In this document: positions 50,692-62,917 of the stretch, piece after piece
Layout of the letters: the number at the start of each line of letters is the position of its first letter
Numbering within the stretch: the first letter of the stretch is position 1
Assembly: GCF_964204645.1 (NCBI RefSeq)
Contig: NC_134029.1
Coordinates: 13,604,850-13,668,849, forward strand
DNA: 64,000 nt
Direction: 5' to 3'
Origin: Tubulanus polymorphus
Lineage: Eukaryota > Animalia > Nemertea
Position numbers and translations under genes: made by a program
Notes under the pieces: model-generated
What the model was told of the DNA's origin: nothing
What the model saw: the letters and a program-made list of their open reading frames with translations, nothing else
The model's database searches: none

Positions 50692-51362
50692 GAGATATAT
50701 ACTAAAAACAGGGGTATATATACAGAAGAGGACAGGTTAATTGAGTAAATTGGTGAGTGAGTAAATAATTAGTGTTTGGCAAGGCATGAAGTAATAAATA
50801 TACTTAGAAAGAAGAGAATTATGCGGGGAAAAGCCATTATTTAAATTGGTACTAATATCTGAGTGACGAGTAATTAGCAACCCTATAGTTGAAAAAAGTT
50901 GATAAACTACCTCTAATCATTTAAAAGCTTTGCCTTCACATGGAACTATCTCCGCCTTATCACAGGTGCACTCTGCCGCCGTGATTTGCCCACTCAACGA
51001 TAAAAAATTTCCCACGGTCTTACTTTCGACATTTTCCAATAATTTATGGAAATATTTAAAAAAGGGAAATTTCACTCTGCATTAAGATTAAAGTATTTAT
51101 TCGTTTGACAAATCTTCCTCTGAACTCCCACCAACAAGTTATAAGTGGCGACATGAAAATGACGTCATCGACTCACTACCATCTTATAACCTTCATGACT
51201 ACGTCATGAAGGAGTCATGAAGGTAAAAATGTCCACGTTTATCGGTGTGAATATCTGATATCGAAAGACTCTAAGTTAATACATAGGAAGGTACCTCAGA
51301 ATGCTACCCCATGTTTCACCGAAACCCACATAAGCTGATAAGCTGTCACTCTGGGATCTTAC

Positions 51363-51593
51363 TTTTTGGCACCCTTCTTTCCTTTACCATACATTTCTGC
51401 ACGTCCTTTATCCTCATCAACAACCATCATTGTTTTTCCTTGATTACGTTTTGGGTTATTATTTGCATAAACACCTCGTTGGAGATGGTCCAGATCATTC
51501 TTAACAGTTGATGGAGTTTTACACACATCACAGTTTTTGTTACACACCGGACAGGGATCACCGAAGTATTCAGCAAAGGCGCCATGACGACAT
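51363..51593 (-). CDS. RECQL5: RECQL5 exon, RQC zinc-binding region (CRHGAFAEYFGDPCPVCNKNCDVCKTP...)
   Basis: Canonical RecQ CRH...YFGD...C...CD.C motif; 231-nt ag/gt exon. Confidence 0.92.
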
Positions 51594-51677
51594 CTGAAAG
51601 CAGATAGATAAATGATTATCTAGCAATGATAATTAATTCAAAAATCTAATTTCCAAAACAACAAATCTATATCTCAC

Positions 51678-51760
51678 TTAGGTTCATGGCAAAAATTAAG
51701 CATAGCCTCGAAACCTTTTCTGGCTGCTTTATTCCTCAAAGATGAGCCACCAACCTGCTT
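51678..51760 (-). CDS. RECQL5: RECQL5 exon (KQVGGSSLRNKAARKGFEAMLNFCHEPK)
   Basis: 83-nt exon ending in phase 2, completing the F.AM..FC...CRH motif with the next exon. Confidence 0.85.
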
Positions 51761-53295
51761 CTGAAATGGTAAGGAACATTGAAATAATTGCTAAGTAATA
51801 ACTGCTTTGTGCTGGGCTTCACCCTTTACATTTTAACTGACAGAAATCCAAGAAATTTTGAAAATAAGATTCATTGTTGGGGATTCAAACCAGATATACC
51901 TGGTGTGCTGACATTATTTCAGTGGAATATGTTATAAAACTTTGTTGTCAATATTTCTTGCCACTGTGATTGAAGCTCCTGCACTCAGTTAAGTCGAGGT
52001 CAATGAGTGAGAATCGGGGCTGAAATCTAAGCTGACCAAATATTATACGCTGGTTTTGACGCTAAAGATTTGCAACCGTCTGAAACTGAAGGATGATCCC
52101 GCCTTATATGAATTCAACAAGATCTACAAACTATAGTTAACTGCGTAGTTGTGTCCAGAGAACTACATAGTCTCTCAGCATTGGCGCTGAATATCGCGAG
52201 GCATTTGACTTGATCAGCGTGTGTGTGCTGTATGATGGATATCCCTATGTACATGTTCTGTGTTACACACAGAGTGAGTGTATGAGGAACCCGCAGAACT
52301 CGGCCACATCGCGGCGCTGCGAGCGGTTAGACCGAGCTAAACCCGGAAGTAAACCCGGAAATAAACGCGCTTGGCTGCAGCCGATACTCGCATGATTTTC
52401 AGCTGTTCAGTAAAAATGGATTCGGGTTCGAAGATGTTTATACTTTTTTCACTTCAAGTGTTTGTTCCCAACAGCTGATACGGATTACACATAAGGATTT
52501 ACATATAAATTGGACAACGGGACCGCGCCTTTGTCTACGGAATAAGTGAAAATACGGATTATGGAGTACGAATTGAAACAGTATTTTAAAGGGAATAACG
52601 TTACTGAAAAACGGGACCAATTTATTGATACGGAAAAAGCACTTATACGGTTTAACCGCAGACGGAAAAACCGAGATTGACTGTACACCATTTTAAATTT
52701 TAGGCCCAAAACAATGGTGATGTGATGCCGGTTTTACAACTGTTTAAACCTGCTAACCCGTATGCAATAAATGTTGATCATGATTATGGCAGATCATTCG
52801 GAAGAAGCCTTTAAGGTCCAAGTTAATTGTCAAGTAAATAAACAGATCCAATTTAATTGATTTAATTCAATCTATTACGGATATTGTGAATGTTATTAGG
52901 TACATTGTTCTTGCTTCTTCTCAGTTGCATTGAATTACTGCACTCCAATCTTATTAGTTACATACAATAAATGAGAATGAAAGGATCGAAATGGAAGAGA
53001 AAACTCGTGGACAAGCATCTTGCCGAGATTGGCAGGAAACAAGGGCATGTTGTTTGACATCATCTATGTTCGGAGCAATTTGCAAGGCGACAGATAGAAA
53101 TTTAGAAAAACTGGTTTCATCCGTTATATATCCTATCGAATTTAAAAGTAAAGCCACAACTCATGGTCAGAAATATGAAAAAGTTGCTGTTGAACATTTT
53201 GAGAAGATACATGGAACATCTAGGGAATGTGGACTTTTTGTGGCAAAAAATTATCCTTGGTTGGGTGCTTCACCAGATAGAGTTATTGATGATAG

Positions 53296-53890
53296 GAATA
53301 TTGAGAGATTGATGATTATTATTCCATTAGTTTGCCTAAAAAAATTCAATTTGTTTGCGGTTTGCATTGCGCACGTGGTAATGTTACTGTTTAAATCTGA
53401 CGTCATCGACAAAATGAGGCACGCAGCTGAGCCTGCCTGTCAATCAACATAATTGGTTTACACTAAAAATGCGCTTACTTGAAAAACTATGCTGTGTATC
53501 AATCTGGAATTTTCGGCACAATATCCGATGTTAAATACCTTGCTTTGAAGGTTTATTTGGTGTAAATTTGATCCAAAATGTTTCTAATATTTTGTTCATA
53601 ACTTTTGAAGTGGAGGCTGGTGTCGTGTGTAAGGCTGTACGTATGGGTACTAACGCTTACAACAGGCGCAGCATTGATGGTGTATTTATGCGCGAGTAGA
53701 TGAAATGATTTGTTTTAACCGCTAAATCGGCGTTCATTACGCATCCTCTCAAACAATGATATTATTTAGTATTTATTTAGATATATTTATCATTATAATA
53801 TTCTTAAGACTGGAAAAGATCTGGAAAAAAAATCTTCCGATCCTGTCATGTGACTTCATGACGGCAACTTGACGATAGCGTAGGTTCTCA
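53296..53890. mobile_element. Non-coding insertion splitting the YqaJ exon of element 2
   Basis: YqaJ frame stops after LGASPDRVIDD and resumes at ITPETVPYL; the insert resembles the repeat at 8270-8520. Confidence 0.6.
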
Positions 53891-55086
53891 TTCTTCGAAC
53901 CAAATATAACTCCTGAAACTGTACCATATTTATCCGAGGCTGGAAATGGCTCGGAATGAAAAGAATGATTATTACTATCAAGTGCAGGGTCAATTTCTCT
54001 GTTCTGATCGTGAACTATGTAACTTTTGTGTATTTACTCTGAAGGACTTCGTGGTTATTAAGATTGAGAAAGACCAAGTGTTTATTGCCCAGATGATATC
54101 AAGCTTGAATCAATTTTATGAGTTTCATTTCTTTCCTGCGCTACTGGAAATATTTATTCTTCAACTATTCAAAATACTTTTCATAGTCTCAGTAAATTAA
54201 TGGAAATAATACTGTATACAAATTGATTTCAATGATTTTCCATAATTTTTAGAGTCAGTTTTCTGCTAATTTTGCACCCTTTACAACTCATTTGATTCAG
54301 AATACGCAACTTCTAGTTCAAATGGTCTGGGTTAATCCACTGCAAAGATGAGTTTGATGATGTAAGACCAGAAATAAGATTTCACAAATTCATATTTATT
54401 ACAAATGTTTTATGTTTATTAAAAATCTTTCATAAAAAACATATTCTTCAATGTCTTGAACATGGCGCATTTGATATACCCTGAAATTTTAGGCATCGCG
54501 AGGAACGGTGCACTTCCTAAAATTACACAACGTAAAAACAACTCTTATTATCTGAGGAGCAAGTGATGACTCTATGTGATTCATTGGCTCTGTCAGAATT
54601 TTATAGGTTTTCCCAAGTCCAATCAATCGTTCAATATGGACACGCTTACTTGCAATTTTTCTGTCCTTTGTGACAGTTGTGACAGACATACGGTTCCTCT
54701 TTTTGAAAAAAAGTGGGGATGTTTATTGAAACCTCGAACGGAATGAAAATATCATCTACACTGAAAACTTTGTCTACCATTATTTCATCTCCACGATCAC
54801 ATTTTTCAGCTAAGTAAGACCTTTCCATAACTTGTCGGTCACTTGTGGATCCACCGAAAGCTGTAGATACAAATGATATTAATGCACCAGGTGTCCCCCC
54901 AACTACTGTTTTGACAGTGTTACGATTTTTGTATGTAGAGAAAGTGGCTTGTTGGGCAACTGCTTGATTGGGTTTCTTAATCGGACATTCCGCTCCATCA
55001 AGTATTAATCTTGTTTTTAGAAATTTTTTTTTGAAATCTGATGGGCAGAAAAACCAAACAAGTTCTCCACAAGGCCATCATTCAAT

Positions 55087-57623
55087 AGGACTCTGCAAAA
55101 TTTTGTCCACCAGGGCGGCAGCACTGTACTAGAGGGCATTGTTTTTACTTCCTGGTTAGGGAATACCATAGACATTCTGTGAAAATAACGCTGAATAAAA
55201 GCCGAAAATGCCTTTATATTGTGCTGTCCCATTGTGTAATTCGAAGACCAATGTTCACAAATTTCCTAAGGACATTAAGACTCAAATGGAGAATAGCCAT
55301 CAAAAGACTCAATTCAAAGACCAAAAAGGTATGGGAGCCAGGAAAGTGGACAGGGGTTTGTTCTAAGCACATCACAGCCAATTCCTACAGGACCCCAGGA
55401 TTATTAGGTAAGTAAAACTTAAACTACAATGTAGACAAAATCATATTTTATGCATAACTGTAGGTGGTTGACAATGAAATAATGTAAAAAATTGTGCAGT
55501 AATAGACTCACACTGACAGAAAAGAGTGACTAGCTTGTATTGTATGCTCTAGTATCTCAATCTATTTTATTTACAGCTGAAAGGAACAATTTGAAAGAGA
55601 ATGCTGTGCCAACAATCTTCCAGTTTCGAGAGACACCAAAGAGAATCCATGTGGAGCGAGTCATTGGTTTAGCAAAAACGTATAAGATCTTAGAAAGGCC
55701 TCTGGGTCCATATAAAACACAAATGGGTTCCTTCATTATCTATATTTGCTGAGTTCTGGTCAACTTCAGACCATCCATTGTTGACCAAATAATGAGCACT
55801 ATATCAAATCAAATTGACTAAAATCAATGTTAAATTCATCTAAAACTAAATGTATTATATTATACAAATGTAAAATTGTGTATTACAATACTTAACAATA
55901 AATGTTTAGCCAAATACTTTTCATATATATTTTCGTAGAATTCCTCTAACTTTGGAAGTAGCTTCATTTCACAAAATGATTTATTGTATGTGATTTTTTC
56001 AACATGCAAATCTTTGAACGTATACACTATGAAGTAGCAAACATCACGGCCAGTTATATGCAGTTGACCCTGAATCTGATAATTATAGTTATGATTTGTC
56101 CTCAAAGACATTGATTCATCATCGTTCAGTTGGAGGTATGGAAATTTATTATTTGGGAAAATTTCATCGTCTTTTCGAACATGAACATTTCGCTTCAACA
56201 AGAGAATCGTCATTGATTAGTCCATCTGGTGTTGCCGCTAGGTAGGGTTTTTTAACACAGATGAACAACCCAGATTCCAACACTTTTAAACCCTCCGCTT
56301 CTTCAAATCTCTTAATCGCTTTCTTTTCATGTTGTTTGCCATGAATGACTGCAGGAGTATTTAATGGCTGCGGATCAGCTATTGACTGACACAATTTGTC
56401 CATGTTACGTCTCTCCGTCACATGACAAATTTCACCAAACTTTGAGGCTGTCAGCCTAAATTGCCTTTCAATATGCCACAATTTACAGTCCCCTTGTATT
56501 CTTTTCAATGACTGGTGCTTCTTCTTTTGCGATCTGAAATGAAAATAAGATACATGACATTAAACTCAATTATAGTCATAGCATGATTTCGTTTCGATAT
56601 TTTGGCCCATTGGATCTCTATCCTCAATGTTGCAGGTTTTTTAATAAAAACGTACTGTATATTCATTATTGATTATCATCCTCACTTATCAGGAGTTCAG
56701 ACTCAATCCAGTATAGGTGTTCTACATGAAAAATCAATACAGGGATGAGTTTGAACTCCTGACAGGTGAGAATGCATCGGCTACATTTTACATGTGATTA
56801 TATTAAATGTCACCTATTTAGTTACCTTAACCGTTCTTTCAACTATGTAGTATGTCAATATATACATATACAATATATACAATACATACATATATCTTAT
56901 TGGGAGATCTTTATTTGTTAAACTATAGTAATTTAACACCAGTGACCGCACTCTTTCCTTATAACCATCAACATTCCTGTATTTTACTGGTCTTGGGTCC
57001 TCCAAGTTTGCATCATGTTTCCTCCGTGGTAAGTCTAGAGCTTCTGTCATAGGCCAAAAGTCTGGAAAAGATATTAAAATGATTAAAAATTGTGGATTGG
57101 TGGCTAGAAATTGCAAGGGTTCAATGGATTTTTCTAATTTTAGATCTATTTTGAAACACCTTTTATTCATGTTTTATGGCTATGTGTTAAATTTTCATCC
57201 TTCATGGTTTGACATAGTTTCTTGACAGGAACAATATACCGTATAGTGCTGCACCCTTTAGCAAATATTCAAACTAAATGGACCATGCTCATTGAACAAT
57301 AGGGTAGGTAGGTTGGTTACATGCTTTAAGTATGTTCAATGGGTGTCCAATGAATGTGAAGTGTGTAAACCGGTTCTTTCACAATTTGGGACTTGAATAC
57401 AAAGGAACAATGGATTTAATTGTTATTTATGAATGAATGTATGTTATTACCTTTCTATCAAATCTTCTTTCCTCCCTCTGGTGCTAGCGTGACGACTCAG
57501 AAGCTCCTCTTTTATTCTACTCACAGTCCAATTTTTATAATCAGTGTAGGAAGCCATTTTGGAATTTCTCCCCTATGAAACAATAGCGCCATCTGGATTT
57601 TGATGACGTCATTGCAGACCCCT
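55087..57623. mobile_element. ISL2EU-type transposon 3, nested inside the transposase of element 2
   Basis: AT|AGGACTCTGCAA ... TTGCAGACCCCT|AT. THAP-transposase remnant on + (55208-55790); SAP (MASYTDYKNWTVSRIKEELLSRHASTRGRKEDLIER, 57451-57557) to YqaJ (55860-56508) on -. Confidence 0.9.
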
Positions 57624-60600
57624 ATTTCTTCCCACTGACATACCATAAAATTTACCCAAGTGACAAATATGTTTGTCACTTGTTTTTAATTGATGCCAAA
57701 CCAGTAGCTTAGTTGGCCATGGGGGGTTATGGCTCCTCATTTTATTAACGTTAAAAATAGCTTATACTCAACAGGCAAAGATGAGGGCCTTCCAAAATAA
57801 TAAGTCAATTCAAATGCAGCAGAAGCATGTGACTGCAATACCATGAAGAATTTATTGTGAGTCTTGAGTCCAGTATAATAATGCAGTATTTCCTGGGATA
57901 CACCTCGCACAGAATACAACTTGATTGATGTTTGGCATCCAATGTCTACAAGCCGAGAAGTATCGCATTCATTTTCAGCAGACACTGAAGATTAAAATAA
58001 GATTCTCATATTCAGAAATTTACTGGTTACATAAAATTTAGATATAGAGGTTTTCATGACGTTGTTGCATAGAATGACAATATACCTTCAGTTAAATCAT
58101 CTGCGGTAATCTCGACTGCCTTAGCAACATTACTGTGAGCCTCAAGATCACTTCTCTCACTTTTTTCCTTTATAGTTTTCCATTTCAAAGCACGGTCTTC
58201 AACAACAAGATTTTCTGGATTCTTTTTTCCAGCATTCAAACACATGGGGCACAGGAGATTCAAGTAAATCTCTCATGGATGGAGTTAAACCTGTCATAAA
58301 AAAACAAATGTCAACTCCTTAATTGCAGAAAACCAATGAGATCGAATAATTACATAACGATATTTCATTGAAAATGCTTCATAGTCAAAGAATTTTTAGC
58401 TACCGTAATAGTTCTTTGATGGGTAATCGCGTTGATCGAAGTGATCCTGACAGACACGAGCGTTTTTAGTAAGCTGCCACAATTTTCCACATATTTTCGG
58501 ATCTTCCCACTTAATCGCAAAAATCCACTGCTTTAAACGAGCCTTGTTACCGAAAGGAAACTTGTGTCCACCTTGATTAGTGCACCCTGGCACAGAACAA
58601 TGCAGCATTGTACCCAATATAACAAATAAAAGCGCCTTCTGTCTCCCGATCATTTGTTGTTTACAATGAATGAGACCCACTTCCGGGTTAGTCGGCGGTG
58701 CTACCGCTCGTAGCGCCGCCCTGGTGGGGAAAATATTCAGCGGGTTCCACATTGAGCGTGGCCGCAGCAACGCACTACAGCACCTTGAACTAACGAGTAA
58801 CTTGATTATTTCATAACCAAAATTGCACTTAAAAATATCTGAATCAAATATAAACCAAGCTGCACCAAGTACGGAATATATGTGTCAATTTATAGAATTA
58901 TCGGGCCAAACAAACAGCTTAAATCTTGTCATAAAGATTAGATACATCCACAGACAAGCAATTTATCCTCCCTCCCTGGAATCCCTTTCTCAACATGCCC
59001 CTTAAGCAGGGCATTTCCTCCCAGAAGCCTGGCGATTGTCTAACCCTCTCTCGACATACCCCTCTATTCCTGGGTCAAACAGTACCCCTCACAACACTGC
59101 AGTAACAGATAACACAGTACACACGCACATGTACAGGCCATCTGCTGGCAACTGCCGCAACTAACAGGGATTTTGAGGATCTCAATTCGGGTGAAATTAG
59201 ACCCTGGACCCAAATAAGATTGTATATCTTTACCGCCAAAAACCATCCCTCTATACACATGCCAAGTTTCATGGCTGAACAACGAATAGATTTCTCATAA
59301 ACTGGTAACAAAAAACAACTGTTCCCCCTTTATAGTATAGATGATGCATATAAAATACTGTTAGAGTGATTTTTTCTCCAAGGCGGTAGTTTTATATTCA
59401 ATTTTAAACTACAGGTCCATGGACACCATGCCCATTTCCAAAAGTTTTGAAGCGATTGAGCTAAAATTTGGAATTATTGTATATACCTCTGAAAACTTTG
59501 CTCTTAGAGCAATTTTCATGAGATTCGAAGACATTGATGGGACCAATGTCAGAAATTTTGGTCCATATTACATGGAATGACCCAAATACTAAGTTATTCT
59601 TTTATTCAACGCCCCTGGTGGCAATATAAAAAACCAATGACCTTGAAACTCACTAAATCATAGAACTTGTTATGAGCTAGAACTTTTCAATTGATTGTGG
59701 TAACAATATCAATATAATGTGGAAAAACTTTTTCCAACCTACGACTGAATACTGATGACACCAAGATGGCCACCAATCGCGCCATAATTGGCTGATCAAA
59801 AATACCTGTCTCAAGTATAAAAGATCCCTTTCCAAAGAATACCCATGACAAATTATAATGAGAAATGGCAAACCAGTAGAAAGCTACAGGACTCAGAATT
59901 TGGGCCAAAGTTGACATTTTTGGGCACTAAAATCGATCGACCCAATTTCTCTTATGCTTATGGGGACTTGGGGTATTCAAATATATACAAAAATCAAGTG
60001 AATTGATCAAAATGTCTTCAAAATTTCCCTCAAGAAGTTTAAAAATGCGTAAAAAGTGCTGATTTTGGCGAACAACAATGGCTACCAGTTGGCCATCTTG
60101 ATTCTGACGGGGCCAGTTTTTGGGCTGAAGATGTGTCTAGGGTAGATACAAGTTTAACCCAAATATCAAGATATCAAATTGAAGCGTCTCAAAAACTTCC
60201 CAAAATAACTGGAATTGGTCTATGATTGGACGGACTGGACAGACGGACGCCAAACGAAAAGTGAACGCAAAACAAACAAGAGCCCCAAGCGGCACTATGG
60301 CCAGCCTGTCAGCTTTTCATAAAATGGCAAATGATGATGCATTCTGTGGGCCAAATTTGTCAAAATACACTCCCAGCTCAGAATCAATACCTAATAATTT
60401 ACACAATACAATCGTAGAATACAAAAGTGGCACAGACAGCGACTAGATCTGGCAGGAACAAATACCTCAGATAAATCTTTTCCCTTAGTCTTATTGATTT
60501 TAATCTGGAATAGAATTGAATTTTCTGAAATTTGCTCAAAAAAAAATTGAATTGGATTAGATGCTTTTATTTGTTCAATAAAGTAAAATTCAATTGAATT

Positions 60601-62917
60601 TCATATTTTTTGCGGAATAAAATTTGATTGAATTTGTAGTTTGAGCACATGGCTAATTAGCATATCAATGTCATCTATCCAATTTTAGAAAAAGCTATTT
60701 TTCCCAGACTTTGCACGATGATATTTTCTGTAGTGCTAATAAAAATATTCCTCCCAAAAACCATATCAACTAAAGCTTTCACAGAAATTGATCTTGAAAT
60801 ATAATTTTAAATCTTAAAATAAAACCCGGAAGTAAAACGGTAGACAATACCACGGGTTCACGTGAACACCTGCTGATTTCTGCGGCTAAGCCAATCATAG
60901 AGGAGTCTTTGCTTTCTGATTGGCTTTTCAAAACCAATATTTTTGCGATCATAAATTCGCGAAAAAGCTCATATAAATTTTAACGAGACCCTCTTTCAAA
61001 ATTCAGCTACGTAGAGTTTGGAGAATGGATAATGCTTTAATGAATGATTTGCATGAATATATGCTCAGTTGTACAGTAAAAGAGCCTTTGCTCTGGAAAC
61101 CATGTCATTCAAATTTGCTCCATTTGTATAGTAATTGGCTCAGCCTACGGCTGGCCTAAAAACTCCAGGCAGCCGCTAAATTCAGAGTGGGTGCTGATGC
61201 GAATCAAGCCATTTATTTTATATGGTCTCATCGTTAGATAAACGGAAATGTGAAATCAAAAACATTTTTATTCTCTAATGATGAGCAGACCTGCCAACCC
61301 AGAATGTTTTCTGAAAACTTCAGGAATATAACTACGAACAAACCAACCCTTATTATTTCATGTACAACACTGCCTTAACTTTAACCCTTAACCTACCGCA
61401 GCTTCAATATTAAGTCCTGTGTGCCAGGTGATTTGCATTCGAATGAAATTAACTCAATAAATCCTCATAACTTCTTAACTATTGTATATAGGGCATGGAA
61501 TAGTGCTGACAGATTTCAAATATTTGAAAGCGGGGGTCCACTGGGGGGAGGTCCAATGGGTTGGGTCATTATAGGGGGTCCAGCCCAATAAGACCCCTAG
61601 AAAGTCAGAATACTCACAATTTCGTGTTACATTGTCGATATTCATATAAAGACACCATTGATTACTATATCCATTGTTAAAACCTTTATTATGCTTCTTA
61701 TTAGTCTTAATGTTTGAATATTCATCAAAATATCAAATGAGATACAGTACGTTTTTGAAGTCAAAATTCTTTTTAAAAAAAAAGATAATGTGAAATTACT
61801 TTCAGGTTTGGATTCTCGGCAGTAACCGTGCGTTAAGAACTATTGTTCAATGCGTTGCAAGTCGCTTGTGTCATAAAAACTAACTTTAAATGTGAGATAG
61901 GTTGGTCTATTGACTAGTTGCCACCAGCAGTACACAAGTATGTCGACTAGTCGCCTGTGGCATGTAAAGAGTTAATACTCTACTCAATACACAATATATT
62001 GCCGACTAGTCGCCTGTGGCATGTAAAGAGTTAATACTCTACTCAATACACAATATATTGCCTGGGCAGAAAATTAGTTTAGAGAATAGACTGGCATAAT
62101 GTATACTCTGTACCATGCTGCCATCTGGCCGAATAAATCTAGACAATAAACATAATGGTTGACTGAAGAATAGTCTTTTGTTTGTTACATGGTGTCAGAA
62201 ATAGCTGGAAAAGATCCATGTCCATCGGAGTAGTTGCTTGAATGCATAGTGGTAATGACGGATACATTCAGAGATTAGAACGCCGACCTTCAACCTCTGC
62301 AGTACTTTTTCGAGTTACAAACCCAAACCAGATGATGGCGCAGCCGTTAGCACTTGCGAGTGCCGTAGGCGCAAATCAATTTGGGGGGTTTGGTGCCATC
62401 CTCAAAGAAAATTTTTGAAATTAAAAGCGTTTTCCGAGCACTTAAGAGTGATCTTGAACCCATGAACGACTATTATATTTTGGAAGGTAATGGCTATATC
62501 CTCATTAGATGACAATCAGCATCTCATGCATTACGGGTCGAGCCCTGAATTATTGCAGTAAATATGCGCTGATAAATGCTCACTAAAAATCATCGAAGGC
62601 GTTAGGCACGCGTGGCAACAGTAGTAGGCCTATATACATTACTACTGTTGCCGCGCGCGCGTGTCTATACAACTGATCGATAAAATACATACACATCGTA
62701 GTAGATACAAATCAGTGTTGCAATGCAATATGCGACGGTAAGTAAAACAGGCACTAAATGCGATAATATTTGACATAAATCTAAATTATTTTGCTAACAC
62801 TTTACTCACACTTTTGTTCGCTAAGATTTTCATTTATATGATATTCATATATATGGAATTATTTGAGTAATTAGATAATAGTTGTTTTAGATTACAGGTT
62901 GAAAGGTTGAGTGAGTA

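Larger units (their letters stand above)
52284..58750. mobile_element. ISL2EU-type transposon 2 (outer element)
   Basis: AT|GAGGAACCCGCAGAA ... TTCAGCGGGTTCCAC|AT; empty-site paralog near 27870-27900. YqaJ gene on + (about 52416-54200). THAP (58396-58608), HTH (57626-57985) and DDE_Tnp_4-like core (54489-55085) on -. Confidence 0.9.

Noticed and set aside
40662-56508. Prophage lambda-Red-like recombination genes or bacterial contamination (YqaJ ORFs)
   Set aside because: The genes have spliceosomal introns and lie opposite THAP transposases, with TIRs and AT TSDs where ends could be defined; this is ISL2EU architecture.
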